Assembly: GCA_965261595.1 (NCBI GenBank)
Contig: CBDHDG010000006.1
Span: 96,001 to 160,000 of the forward strand
DNA: 64,000 nt
Origin: a bacterium
GTDB taxonomy: Bacteria; UBA8248; JACPRG01; G963555815
Direction of reading: 5' to 3'
Shown here: positions 39,781 through 50,167 of the stretch, piece by piece
How positions within the stretch are numbered: the stretch's first letter is position 1
Layout of the letters: each line of letters begins with the position of its first letter
Translations under genes and position numbers: made by a program
Notes under the pieces: model-generated
Seen by the model: the letters and a program-made list of their open reading frames with translations, nothing else
What the model was told of the DNA's origin: nothing
Databases searched by the model: none

Positions 39781-40890
39781 CTAAGGCCGTTTCGGCGTGA
39801 AGATTTCGGCGGTCCGAAGGACCTCGGTGTCGCTGGCGCCGCCGATCGCCAGCACCCGGCCATCCTCCAGGACGGTCGCCGTGAAAAGCCTTCGGGCTTG
39901 GCGCAGACGGGCCGGGAATTCGCTGAACCGGCCGGACCGCGGATCGAACCGCTCGACGCTTCGGAGCGTCTCATCCACCCCCCGCCCTCCCAGCAGAAGG
40001 ACCGATCCGTCCGGAAGGCGGACCGCGGCGTGCTGCTGCCGGGGCTTCACCATCGGACCGGACACGGGGATGAACGCCCCGGTCCCGGGGTCGAAGACCT
40101 CGGCCGAGCCGAGGGCCTTCTCGTTCCACCCCCCCGCAATCAGGACCCGCCCATCGCCCAGGCGCGTCGCGGTGTGACGCCCGCGGGGCTGGGTCATCCG
40201 CCCCCGCGTCGGCCGGAAGACGCTGTCCTTGGGGTCGTACAGCTCCCCGTATCGGGTCTTCGGGTTTCCACCGACGATCAGGATCCGCCCGTCGGCCAGG
40301 GGGGTGGCGGTGTGCTGCTGCCGGGCGAAGAGCATCCGGCGGGCGGGGACGAAGCGGTCCTCCGCCGGAAGGTAGCGCTCGGTGAAGGACAGGGCGGTCC
40401 GTCCGTTGTTCCCTCCGGCGATGAGAACGCTTCCATCGGCCAGGGGGGTGGCGGTGTGGTCGTAGCGGGGCGTGGCGAGCCCCCCGTGCGTTCGGACAAA
40501 GACATTTTTGGCCGGCAAAAACAAGGCGGCGGCGGAAAGGGCGGTGTCGGCGTTCAGCCATCCGCCGGCGTAGAGCGCCCGCCCGTCAGCGAGCAAAGCG
40601 GCCCCGGCCCAGCCCGAAGGCCGCGGAAGACGGGATGGAACGGGACGAAATTTCCCTTTCGCCGGGATGAATCGCTCACTCGACCGCAGCGGCCGGGTCT
40701 TCGTCAGGCCCCCCAGGACCAGGACGGAACCGTCTTTCAGCCTGAGGGCCACGTGCCCGTGCCGCGCGGCGCCGAGGTCCCCGGTCTTCGAGAACCTTCC
40801 CTCCTCGCCGCAACCCGCGAGGACGAAAGCCATCACCCACAGCGCCCGCCCGACGGGCCGCCGCCCCGAGCCCTTCCCCCGGCGCGGCAT
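39781..40890 (-). CDS. Kelch-repeat beta-propeller lipoprotein
   Basis: Repeated RxxHTATxLxDGrVLIxGG; lipobox LAGC. Confidence 0.88.
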   Translation of the reverse strand: MPRRGKGSGRRPVGRALWVMAFVLAGCGEEGRFSKTGDLGAARHGHVALRLKDGSVLVLGGLTKTRPLRSSERFIPAKGKFRPVPSRLPRPSGWAGAALLADGRALYAGGWLNADTALSAAALFLPAKNVFVRTHGGLATPRYDHTATPLADGSVLIAGGNNGRTALSFTERYLPAEDRFVPARRMLFARQQHTATPLADGRILIVGGNPKTRYGELYDPKDSVFRPTRGRMTQPRGRHTATRLGDGRVLIAGGWNEKALGSAEVFDPGTGAFIPVSGPMVKPRQQHAAVRLPDGSVLLLGGRGVDETLRSVERFDPRSGRFSEFPARLRQARRLFTATVLEDGRVLAIGGASDTEVLRTAEIFTPKRP

Positions 40891-40990
40891 TTCGCGCGAG
40901 TCTTCGTGGACGCGATCGGCGCGGATCACAGTGATTCCTCTTGTCCCGCAGGACTTTGGACCATTCAAGATGACGCCCTGGATCTTTCAA

Positions 40991-41160
40991 TTCAGAGTAG
41001 TGTCTCGCCTTCCGGCCGGGCAAGATGCCCGGCCTACCCGACGGTGGAAACCCGGCGTTTTCAAAACAGGTAGGGTGGGCGTTTGGGTCGGTTGACCCCT
41101 TGGGTCGGTTGACCCCTTGCCCGCCTTCTCCGCAATTTCTTTTGGAGACACTACCCTGAA
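40991..41160. mobile_element. 170-bp MITE/REPIN-like element
   Basis: Terminal inverted repeats TTCAGAGTAGTGTCTC and GAGACACTACCCTGAA (15/16 match); internal CTAC/GTAG REP pair and a 2x17-bp tandem. Confidence 0.6.
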
Positions 41161-41209
41161 CGACAAAATAATATACGCTCTTGGGAGTGTCCGAAGGAGA
41201 GATGGACGA

Positions 41210-42142
41210 ATGATGAGATGGATTGCGCTGGGGGTGCTGGCCTGCGGGTTCCTGACGCCGGCAACGCTCCCGGCCCAGGGGAATTGGAAGCGCGAGGTCC
41301 GGGCGCCCACCCCGAGGACGGAGGTCGCCGTCGCCGTCCGGGGCGGGGAGATCTTCGTGATCGGCGGCCTCACCCGGCAAGGCGTCACGCGTCTCGTCGA
41401 GGTCTATCATCCCCGAAAGCGGAGGTGGCGAACGGCCGCTCCCCTGCCGGAGCCCGTTCACCATCCGGGAGCGGGTGTCGCGGGAAAGCGGCTTTATGTC
41501 GTCGGCGGGTTCGGCCGCGGGTCCTTCTGGGCCGGGGTCGACACCCTCTACGAATATCTCCCCCGGCCGAACGTCTGGAAAAAGCGCGCGTCCATGCCCA
41601 CCGCCCGGGGGGCCCTTGGGGTCGGCGTCATCGACGGGAAGCTCCACGCCGTGGGGGGGAGGAATCAGCGGGGCGACGTGGCGGCACACGAGGTTTACGA
41701 CCCGGCGACGGACACCTGGAAACGGCTCGCCCCGATGCCGACGGCGCGGGACCACCTCGCGGCGGCCGTCCTGGGGGGGCGGCTTTACGCCATCGGAGGC
41801 CGCCTGGGGTCGTACGCCCGGAACCTCGGCGTCAACGAGGTCTACAATCCCCGAACCGATGCCTGGGCGGCCCGCCGGCCGCTCCCGACGCCGCGAAGCG
41901 GGATCGCCGCGGCGGTCCTGGACGGCCGGATTTTCATCTTCGGCGGAGAGTCGATGGAGGGGACCTTCGCGGACAACGAGGGCTACGACCCCGGCCGGGA
42001 CCGGTGGACAAAGTTCGCCCCGATGCCCCGGGCGCGGCACGGCCTGGGCGCGGCGGCCTGGGGAGGCCGGGTCTTCGTCCTGAGCGGCGGCCCGACACCG
42101 GGCGGCTCTTACAGCGGGGCCAATGAGTCTTTCGCACCCTGA
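41210..42142 (+). CDS. Exported kelch-repeat protein
   Basis: Signal peptide; repeated W...APMPTAR...GxLYxIGG...EVYDP. Confidence 0.9.
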   Translation: MMRWIALGVLACGFLTPATLPAQGNWKREVRAPTPRTEVAVAVRGGEIFVIGGLTRQGVTRLVEVYHPRKRRWRTAAPLPEPVHHPGAGVAGKRLYVVGGFGRGSFWAGVDTLYEYLPRPNVWKKRASMPTARGALGVGVIDGKLHAVGGRNQRGDVAAHEVYDPATDTWKRLAPMPTARDHLAAAVLGGRLYAIGGRLGSYARNLGVNEVYNPRTDAWAARRPLPTPRSGIAAAVLDGRIFIFGGESMEGTFADNEGYDPGRDRWTKFAPMPRARHGLGAAAWGGRVFVLSGGPTPGGSYSGANESFAP

Positions 42143-42292
42143 GGAAGCCGAAGCGTCCATTGAGCCGGCCCCGGGGTTTGGTTGGGAATTTTTCCAGGTG
42201 CGCGGCGTTCAAAGGGTTGATAAGTTGTCGAAGGGGATCGGTCGCCGCAACCCGCCGGTCCGAAACGGGAACGGAAGGGAGTCGCATCCCGC

Positions 42293-42847
42293 ATGACACC
42301 CAAATCGAGCATTCGTTTTTTATCGCTGGTCATCCTGGCGGCGGCGCTGACGGCGATATCCTCCGCTCCGCCCGCCCTCGGAGGGGACAAGAATCATTTT
42401 TCCGCCCTCCGCATGGTGCGGTTCGCCAAGCCGGTGTCCACGCCGGAGTTCCGCCTCAAGGACCTGGAAGGGAAAGAAGTGTCCTTTTCCAGGTTCGAGG
42501 GCAAGGTCATTCTCCTCAACTTCTGGACGACGTGGTGACCTCATTGCTTGCGGGAGCGGCCGGCTCTCGAAGCGCTTTACCGGAAGTACAAGGACAAGGG
42601 CCTGGAAGTGGTCGGGATCGCGATGGACAAACAGGGCAAAGCCATCGTGGCCCCCTACCTGAAACGGAACCCGGCGACGTTCAGCAACCTGCTCGATCCC
42701 GATTCGCGCGTCGCCCGGATGTTCTCCGTCCGCGGCACGCCCACGAACTTCCTGTTCAACCGGAAGGGTGAGGTCATCGGGGGCTCGGTCGGCTACCGGA
42801 ACTGGTCCAGTCAAGACGCCCACGTGCTGATCGAGAGTCTCTTGTAG
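42293..42847 (+). CDS. Exported TlpA/ResA-like thiol-disulfide oxidoreductase, selenoprotein (UxxC; Sec at codon 82)
   Basis: GKVILLNFWTTW-U-PHCLRERP: TGA 42536-42538 sits at the first Cys of WCxxC; the frame continues to GTPTNFLFNRKG. Confidence 0.9.
42546..42573 (+). promoter_or_regulatory. SECIS-like hairpin
   Basis: GCUU-(G)-CGGGAGC-GGCCG-GCUCUCG-AAGC, beginning after a 7-nt spacer 3' of the UGA; the loop starts with GG. Confidence 0.75.
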
Positions 42848-42938
42848 AGCGACTCGGCGGCTGCCCGCCGGGGCCATCGGAATCACCCTCTTCACGGCCG
42901 AAGCCAGCCGATCTTCAGGCGGAAGGACGAAACGGGTC

Positions 42939-43691
42939 ATGGAATCCGGCATCAGCGTCTCTTACCTGATCGCGTTCGCGGGGGGATTGATCTCCTTTCT
43001 CTCGCCCTGCGTCCTGCCGCTGATTCCCTCTTACCTCTCCGTCGTCTCGAGCGTGTCTTATGAAGAGCTGACGGCCGCGGGGACCCACGACTGGCGGCTG
43101 CGGAGGAAGGTCCTGCTCAGCGCCGCGCTCTTTGTCGTCGGATTCTCGCTGGTGTTCATCCTCCTGGGGGCTTCGATCCGCTTCCTGACGGAATTCCTCA
43201 TGGGGGCGCGCTCGGAGCTCAACATCATCGGCGGAATCCTGATCATCCTTTTCGGCCTCTTCATCGCCGGTGTGTTGAACATCGGGTTCCTGAAAAGGTA
43301 TTTTCAGCCGCTGGAAAAGACGCGCGCAACCCGGGTGGCGGGCTATCTCGGGGCGCTGATCGTGGGGATCTCCTTCGGCATCGCCTGGACGCCCTGTGTC
43401 GGTCCGACGCTGGGGGCCATCCTCACCCTGGCGGCGGTCGAGAGCGGAAGGGGCGCGTGGCTGTTATTGATCTATTCCGCGGGATTGGCCATCCCCTTCC
43501 TGCTGGCCGCCTTCGCGTTCAACGGGTTTCTCGGCTTCTTTCAGCGGTTCAAGCGGCTGCTCCCCGCCGTCCAGAAGGCCGGAGGCTTCGTCCTCGTCCT
43601 CATGGGCGTTCTCCTCCTGACCGGACGGCTCACCGTCCTCAACACCTACGCCCTCAGCTTCACGCCCGAATGGCTGCTCAAATGGCTTTGA
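42939..43691 (+). CDS. ccdA: Cytochrome c biogenesis protein CcdA (DsbD-beta-like)
   Basis: SFLSPCVLPLIP, WTPCVGPTLG, YSAGLAIPF. Confidence 0.93.
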   Translation: MESGISVSYLIAFAGGLISFLSPCVLPLIPSYLSVVSSVSYEELTAAGTHDWRLRRKVLLSAALFVVGFSLVFILLGASIRFLTEFLMGARSELNIIGGILIILFGLFIAGVLNIGFLKRYFQPLEKTRATRVAGYLGALIVGISFGIAWTPCVGPTLGAILTLAAVESGRGAWLLLIYSAGLAIPFLLAAFAFNGFLGFFQRFKRLLPAVQKAGGFVLVLMGVLLLTGRLTVLNTYALSFTPEWLLKWL

Positions 43692-43736
43692 GGAGCGCGG
43701 GCGAATGAGGCCTCCCGCACCCACCGAGAATAGGCT

Positions 43737-44543
43737 TCAATCCCGGTCCTTGAGGACATCGAGCGAAAACCGGTCCACTTCCTTCAGCAGATCGACGAAT
43801 CGCCCGGCCATCTGATCGACCAGCTTCCGCCCTTTCTCGGCGTCCGCCCCGCTCGCGTCGCCGCAGACCCCTTCGGCGTTGAGATCCTGAATTTGCCATC
43901 CGAACCCCACCGCGCCCTCGGGCGTCAGGTATTCGAACTGTTCCTCCATGTCGGTCGAGAGGGTCTCGAACCGCTTGAGCTTCCCGGCGCGCACCAGGTC
44001 CGGCCGAAGATGGAGCATGATCGATGTCTCGATGCCCCCGGCGTGAATGCCGTGCTTCACCTCCCCATCGGAGAAAAGCTCCCCGGCGTCGGACGGCCGG
44101 TGGCAGTTCACGGCGATCGTCATGAGCTTGAAGCGAATCCGGAGATCCCGCGCCGCCAGGTCGAGGACCTGGGGCTGGCCTCCGTGGCTGTTGAACAAGA
44201 CCAGCTTTCGGACCCCGGCCCGGTGGACGCTCTCGCCGATCTCCATCAGCACCCGGAGGAGCGTCTCCGTGGAAAGGGTGAGCGTCCCGGGGTAAGCCGA
44301 GTGCTCGCCGCTCTTCCCGACCGAGACCATCGGCAGGACGGTCACCGGCAGGCCGTCCGGCAACAACCCGACGGCGCGGGAGAGGACGCCCTCGTTGATG
44401 CAGGCGTCCACGCAGACCGGCAGATGCGGCCCGTGCTGCTCGATGGCGGCGACCGGGAGGACGGCGATCGTCCTTTCCCGGTCCAGGGACGAGAACTCCT
44501 CGGTGGTCATATCCCGCCAGTAGCGGCGCGGCATTCGGCTCAC
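43737..44543 (-). CDS. Creatininase family amidohydrolase
   Basis: AIEQHGPHLP, SGEHSAYPGTL, NSHGG, HAGGIETS. Confidence 0.92.
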   Translation of the reverse strand: MSRMPRRYWRDMTTEEFSSLDRERTIAVLPVAAIEQHGPHLPVCVDACINEGVLSRAVGLLPDGLPVTVLPMVSVGKSGEHSAYPGTLTLSTETLLRVLMEIGESVHRAGVRKLVLFNSHGGQPQVLDLAARDLRIRFKLMTIAVNCHRPSDAGELFSDGEVKHGIHAGGIETSIMLHLRPDLVRAGKLKRFETLSTDMEEQFEYLTPEGAVGFGWQIQDLNAEGVCGDASGADAEKGRKLVDQMAGRFVDLLKEVDRFSLDVLKDRD

Positions 44544-44618
44544 GGTTTGTCCTCCGTTGGGCGGTCCGGGGGGTAAGGGAAACGCATTTTAAATAATGGG
44601 TTCCCGCACGCTATCGCA

Positions 44619-44898
44619 AGAAAACCGGGCCATTGTCTGAATGTAAAAATCTCCCGCCGGCCACAGACGAACTCCTCAGCCAAATAAACACCCACCCCGG
44701 AAAGGCCAAGCCTCCGGCTTGGCCCGGTAGGGCGGCCATCTTGGCCGCCTTCGGAAGGCGGGCTGGAGGGTCAACCGACCCGCGCCCGCCCCACCAAGGG
44801 GGTTCCCAACCCCCGGGAGGGGTCCAGGGGGGACACGCCCCACCGGGTGAAGTTTTCAAAGCTTGTCCCACGCGAAGGCGGGGATGTCCCCCCTGGCG
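44619..44898. repeat. Partial, expanded copy of the 58253-58579 element
   Basis: 44619-44724 aligns with 58419-58524, including identical CCACCCCGGAAAGGCCAAGCCTCCGGCTTGGCC. Confidence 0.75.
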
Positions 44899-44901
44899 GG
44901 C

Positions 44902-45654
44902 CTACTGTAGACAAGACCCGCCGTTGACCAGAAAGGACTGGCCGGTCACGAACGCGCTGTCGTCGCCCGCCAGGTAGAGCAGGGTGCCCACCAGGTCTTC
45001 GGGCGCGAGCGACCGCTTGAAGCAGCGGGACCGGTTGGTCGCTTCCACGTACTCCGGAACCTCGATCAGGTCATCGTCCAGGGGAATGAAGTCCGGCGCC
45101 AGGGCGTTGACGGAGATTCCGTGGTCGCCCACCTCGCGGGCGAGGGCCCGGGTGAAGGCCAGAACGCACCCCTTCGACGTGGTGTAGGCAATCATCCCCG
45201 GGGCGCCCTGATAAAAGGTGTGGGAGGAGATGTTGATGATCTTGCCGGAGCGTTGGGTCTTCATGGCCGGCAAGACCGCTTTGGCGCACAGGAACATCCC
45301 CTTGGAGTTGACGGCCATGACCCGGTCCCAAAGCTCGACGGAGACCTCCTCGACGGGAACACGGGCGAACCGGCCCGCGATTCCGGCGTTGTTGACCAGG
45401 ACGTCGATTCGGCCGTAAGTCTTCAGGGCCGTCTCGGCCATCGCCCGCGCGCTCGCCTCGTCCGTCACATCCGTGACAACGGTGACGACCTCGCCCCCCG
45501 CCGCTTGGACTTCGGCGGCCGTTTCCGCCGCGTCGGCAACATCGGCGATGACGATCTTCGCCCCCTCTCCCGCCAGGGCCAGGACGTACGTCCTCCCGAT
45601 TCCCCCGGCCCCTCCCGTCACGATGGCCACTCGATCTTTCAGCCGCAATTTCAT
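44902..45654 (-). CDS. SDR oxidoreductase
   Basis: VTGGAGGIG, NNAG, YTTSKG, VTGQSFLVNGG. Confidence 0.92.
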   Translation of the reverse strand: MKLRLKDRVAIVTGGAGGIGRTYVLALAGEGAKIVIADVADAAETAAEVQAAGGEVVTVVTDVTDEASARAMAETALKTYGRIDVLVNNAGIAGRFARVPVEEVSVELWDRVMAVNSKGMFLCAKAVLPAMKTQRSGKIINISSHTFYQGAPGMIAYTTSKGCVLAFTRALAREVGDHGISVNALAPDFIPLDDDLIEVPEYVEATNRSRCFKRSLAPEDLVGTLLYLAGDDSAFVTGQSFLVNGGSCLQ

Positions 45655-48550
45655 TCTCCTTTTTCTTCATTTCCATTTCGGCATGGGTCCGCGGGAACAG
45701 GCTCCCCGGACGGCGGAATCTTCCGGCGGCCCGGACGTCAACGCTCCGGCGTTCCGGCGGAGACGGGCAGGCGGATCCGGAAGCGCGTTTCGCCGGGCTT
45801 CGAGTCGATCTCAATCTCGCCGTGATGCGTCCCCCGGACGATTCGGTGGACGATCTGCAAACCCAGGCCGGTTCCCTTCCCCACGTCTTTGGTCGTGAAG
45901 AACGGCTCGAAGACCTTCGAGCGGATCTCTTCGGGAATTCCCGGGCCGTTGTCGACGATTTCCACCAGGACGGTGTCGGTCTCCTGTGAGGTTCGCAGTC
46001 TGATCTCGCCCCCCGGACCCGCGGCGTCGATGGCGTTGTCGATCAGGTTCGTCCACACCTGGTTCAGCTCCGGGCCGTTGGCCTCGACGGACCTCAGGCC
46101 CGGGTCGTACGCTCGAACGACTTCTATCTTGTGCTCCCTCAGCTTATGGCCGAGGAGGGTGAGGGTGTCGTCGAGCCCCTGATGCACGTCCATCGCCCCC
46201 TTGGAGGACTGATCCATCAACGAGTAGGACTTGACCGCGTTGACGAGGTCCGAGATGCGGCGAGTGGCGACCGTTGTCTCCCGAACCAGGGCGTCCATGA
46301 CGATGGAGCGCTCCAACCACGCGAAGGCGCTCGAATGGGATTCCTCGGGCAGACCGTTCGCCACGGCCTGCAATTGTTCGACCGAAAGGTCGGCGTGGGC
46401 CAAAGCGGGGCCAAGCCTCCAGGCATCCGGGACGCCCTGTCCTTCCAGCCAGCCGGCGATCTCCTCCTCCCGCGCGCTCTCCGCCAATGGGTCGGAGGAC
46501 CCGGGGGGATTTTGGTTTGTGGATGCCTGTTCGTGAACGGCCAGGAGCAGGTCCATCTGCTCTTGCGTCAGCGACAATCGCCCGAGCGCCATCGCGTGCG
46601 TCCGGGCGGCGGCCAGAACGTCCGAGATTTCCTGTGTGGCGCGCTGCGCCGCCGCGGCCGGGTTGTTCAGCTCGTGCGCCAACCCGGAGGAGATCTTGCC
46701 GATGGCGGCCAGTTTTTCTTGTTGCCGCAGCTTCTCCAACTCCCGCTCGGACCGTTTTCGCTCGGTGATGTCGCGAACGAAGTAAATCACGTGTGTCCGG
46801 CCATGAAGCTCGATGGGCGTCCCACTGACCTCAATATCGAGAATCACACTGTCTTTTCGGCTCGCCCGGGTCTCGAACGGCTTCTGCCACTTCTCCTCCC
46901 GGATGATCTGCGTCCTGCGCTGTGCGGCCCTGTCTTTGAAATCGGGCGGGGCGATGTCCTCCTGCCTCATTTCCAGCAATTCCTCCCGCCGGTAGCCGAG
47001 GAGGTTGCAAGCGCCCTGGTTGCAGTCGATGAACAGGCCGTCCTCCGCCGTTATGAAGATCGCGTCCCGCGCCCGCTCGAAGAGGGTGTGGTACCGCTCC
47101 TCGGACCTCCGCTGCGCTTCCTCGGCCCGCCGCCGCTCGGTGACGTCGCTCCCCACGCAAAGGACCTCGGTCAAACGGCCGTCCTCATCAAAAATCGGCT
47201 TGTTGTCCCAGATGATCCATACGCGCTCGCCGTTCCGCTTCATGTTTTCGTTTTCATTCCTGATGTAGCGGTCAGGATTTTGGAAGATGTCCCGGATCAT
47301 GGCCGTGAGGTCACGGTCGGCCGCGTCGGTTTCCGGCACGATGGCGCCCACGACGTGCCGGCCGAGGATCTCCTCCTGCGAGTAATCGAAAAACCTTTCC
47401 GCGAACTCGTTGAAAAACGTGATTTTGCCCTGGGTGTCCATCCTGAGGATGATGCTGTTCGCGTGCTCCACGAGCTCGCGGTATTTCACCTCGCTGGCCT
47501 GAAGCTTCTCTTCCGCCCGTTTTCGCTTGGAGATGTCCCGGATGATCCACAGGTGAAGAACATCTCTTCCCCCCGCTTCCAGACAGCCCGGGAAAGCTCC
47601 ATCGGGAATTCAGAGCCGTCTTTCCGCAAGCCGAACGACTCCAGTGTTTTCCCGGCGAGGCTGGATTCGCCCGTTTCTCGGACCCGGCTCATCCCTTTTT
47701 CATGCGCTTCCCGGAGGTTCTCCGGAATGAGGAGCGTTAAGGGTTGGCCGAGGACTTCCTCTTCCCGGCGGCCGAAGATTTTTTCCGCGCCGTGGTTCCA
47801 AAGAAATATCCGCCCGGTCTCGTCGGCGGACACGATGGCGTCGGTGGCGGATTCCGTGATGGATCGGAACCGTTCCTGGCTGGCCCGCAATTCCTCCTCC
47901 GCCCGTTTTTTCTCCGTAATGTCGCACAGAAAGTACATGACATGCCTCCGCCCCTCGATCTCGACGGGCGTCGCGCTGACCTCGATATCAATCGACGCGC
48001 CGTCTTTCCGGAGGTTCTTGGATTCGTAAGGGGGCATGCCTTCTTCGAGGATCTTTGACATTCGCAGAGAAACGGAATCCCTGAAATCCGGCCCGGTCAT
48101 GTCCTGAACCCGCCTTTGAAGCATCTCCTCACGGGTGTATCCCATCAGGTCGCAGGCGTGCCGGTTGCACTCGACGACGCGGCCCGTTTCATCGGCCACG
48201 TGGATGGCGAACCGGGCCTCCTCGAAAAACGTGCGGTATGTTTCCTCGGACTTCCGAACGGTCTCCGCGGCCGTCTTTTTCGAGCCAGTTCCCTCTCCCT
48301 CTTCGGCCCGGACGGGGGCGGCGAGGGCCTCCATCAATTTCGGGACCGTGCCCGGGCAGACGCCGAGCATCTCCCGGAAAGTTTCCGCGCTGAACCGCAA
48401 CAGGCGGGTAGGCCCGTTCGCACGCCCGAATCCGACAAAGGGATGGCCGGCCGCAAGAGCGACCAAGGTGCAAGCGGCCCCGGGCTCGTCGAATCGGGCG
48501 ACCGTGGACCGCCCCTGGGTTATTGGACACTCGGGTGAGGGTATTCGACC

Positions 48551-49459
48551 TCATGCGGCCTCCGCAACTTGAGCGAGTTTTTCCTGCCTTGCCTGGGCCG
48601 GCGTTCGGTAGCCGTAGCCCTCGAGAATCCAATGATGGTTGTACAGGTTTTTGAACTCAAGCAGCGCCCACCGCAGTTCCTCTACGGTGGCGAAAGAGCG
48701 CACCCACAGGAGATTCTCCTTCAAGATGCGGATAAACCACTCACAGTAGCCATTTCCCTCGGGCGCCCGCACGAAGCTGGGCGAACTGGTCATGCCCAGG
48801 TAGGCGATCTCCCGCTGAAAGTCATCGGACAGATAGGCGGGGCCGTGGTCGTGACGAACTTTAAGCCCCTCGGCGACGTCCGCCTCCAAGCCGGCGAAGC
48901 GCTCGGCGACCCCCTGCCGGATCGGCTCCAGGGCCTCGAAGCGGTTGCCGCTCTTGGCCGCATGGATCCCCACGCAGTCCACCGAGCAGTGATCCACCGC
49001 CACGAACACCGAGGCCACCCCCTCCTCGGTGGTCACCGTCGTCGTCATGTCCGTGCCCCACATTCGGTCGGGCCGCTCGGTGCGGATGGTCCCGTTGTGG
49101 GCCTTGGGACCTCGGGGTTTGCCCACCCGGTGGGGGGCCTGAAGCCCCGCCTCCCGCATCAGGCGACGCACCCGCTCCTTGCTGGTGCGGATGCCCGCGA
49201 AGCGCAGCCTCGCCCACACCTTGCGGTAGCCCTCGCCATGGAAGGGAGAGTCCTCCAGGACCTGCCGGATGTGGCCGAGGAGTTCCGCATCGGTGCACGG
49301 GCCCACAGGGCCGCGCTTATTGGGCGTGGGGCGTTCATGAACGGGGACCGCCTCTCGCCGCCGTTGCGCGTAGACCGTGGAGCGCGCCAAGCCCCAAAGG
49401 GCGCACACCCGCTTCAGGCCGTAGGCTCTGCCCGTGGAGGTGAAGCGGGCCTGACTCAT
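48551..49459 (-). CDS. IS3-family OrfB DDE transposase
   Basis: GYRKVWARL, WGTDMT, RHDHG, PEGNGYCEWF (rve integrase core); ATGA overlap with orfA. Confidence 0.92.
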   Translation of the reverse strand: MSQARFTSTGRAYGLKRVCALWGLARSTVYAQRRREAVPVHERPTPNKRGPVGPCTDAELLGHIRQVLEDSPFHGEGYRKVWARLRFAGIRTSKERVRRLMREAGLQAPHRVGKPRGPKAHNGTIRTERPDRMWGTDMTTTVTTEEGVASVFVAVDHCSVDCVGIHAAKSGNRFEALEPIRQGVAERFAGLEADVAEGLKVRHDHGPAYLSDDFQREIAYLGMTSSPSFVRAPEGNGYCEWFIRILKENLLWVRSFATVEELRWALLEFKNLYNHHWILEGYGYRTPAQARQEKLAQVAEAA

Positions 49460-49842
49460 CGCCTCCACCTCCTGCCGGCTAAAGGGCGGCCGGCCTCCAG
49501 GCGGTCGATCTTCTCCCGCAGGACCTCGCCCTCCATCGTGAGTTCGCCCACCTTGGCCTTGAGCCGGGCGTTCTCCTCGGCCCGCTCATCCGCCGGGCGG
49601 GCTTTGAGCGCCGCCTCGCCCCCGCGAAGGAACGCCTCGCGCCAGGCGGAAAGCCGAGCCGCTGTCGTGCCCAACTCGCGGCAGAGCGTCTCCAGGCTCT
49701 CGCCCCGCAAAAGACGCAGGACCGCCTCCCGCTTGCGCTGGCAGGAGAACCGACCCCGCTCACTGCGATGCCCTGGGGCCTTGGCTCCGTTCGCCCTGCG
49801 GGCGCCCTCCGCCAAAGCCCCCTCTTGCTTTTGTTCGTTCAT
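49456..49842 (-). CDS. IS3-family OrfA (HTH + coiled coil)
   Basis: RKREAVLRLLRGESLETLCRELG...LKAKVGELTME. Confidence 0.88.
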   Translation of the reverse strand: MNEQKQEGALAEGARRANGAKAPGHRSERGRFSCQRKREAVLRLLRGESLETLCRELGTTAARLSAWREAFLRGGEAALKARPADERAEENARLKAKVGELTMEGEVLREKIDRLEAGRPLAGRRWRR

Positions 49843-50167
49843 CGCGACACCCCTTTCTCCATGAATCATGGATCAATCGAGTGTCCAACAAAACCCTAGA
49901 GCGGGGGAACCGGGCCTTCCTGACCGGCGGACCTCCGGGTCACATCGACCGCGCCTTCAATCAGGATGTCGAAGAATTCGGCCGGTGCGCCTTCGCGGAA
50001 GACAATCTCCCCGGGCCGGAAGGAAACCTCGGCGCACCGCTCCGAGAGCCACAAGATCTGATCGGGACTCAGGTCGGCGAAGAGCGGAACGCTTTTCAGT
50101 AAACCTTTCAAATCCATGGCGTCACCCGAGGGGCTTCAAGCGTAAGGGCGAAACCCTTTCCGAGGTT

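Larger units (their letters stand above)
48505..49908 (-). mobile_element. IS3-family insertion sequence (1404 bp)
   Basis: Imperfect IRs TGGACCGCCCCTGGGTTATTGGACAC and TCCCCCGCTCTAGGGTTTTGTTGGACAC; ACCG duplicated at 48501-48504 and 49909-49912. Confidence 0.92.
45738..50117 (-). pseudogene. cNMP-binding + 4xPAS + histidine kinase, disrupted by an IS (48505-49908) and a frameshift (~47550)
   Basis: Removing the IS and one target copy joins ...SAGQEGP|VARFDEPG, collinear with the 50168-51556 paralogue; four PAS/PAC units; AHELNNP, FFTTK, GTGLGL. Confidence 0.88.
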
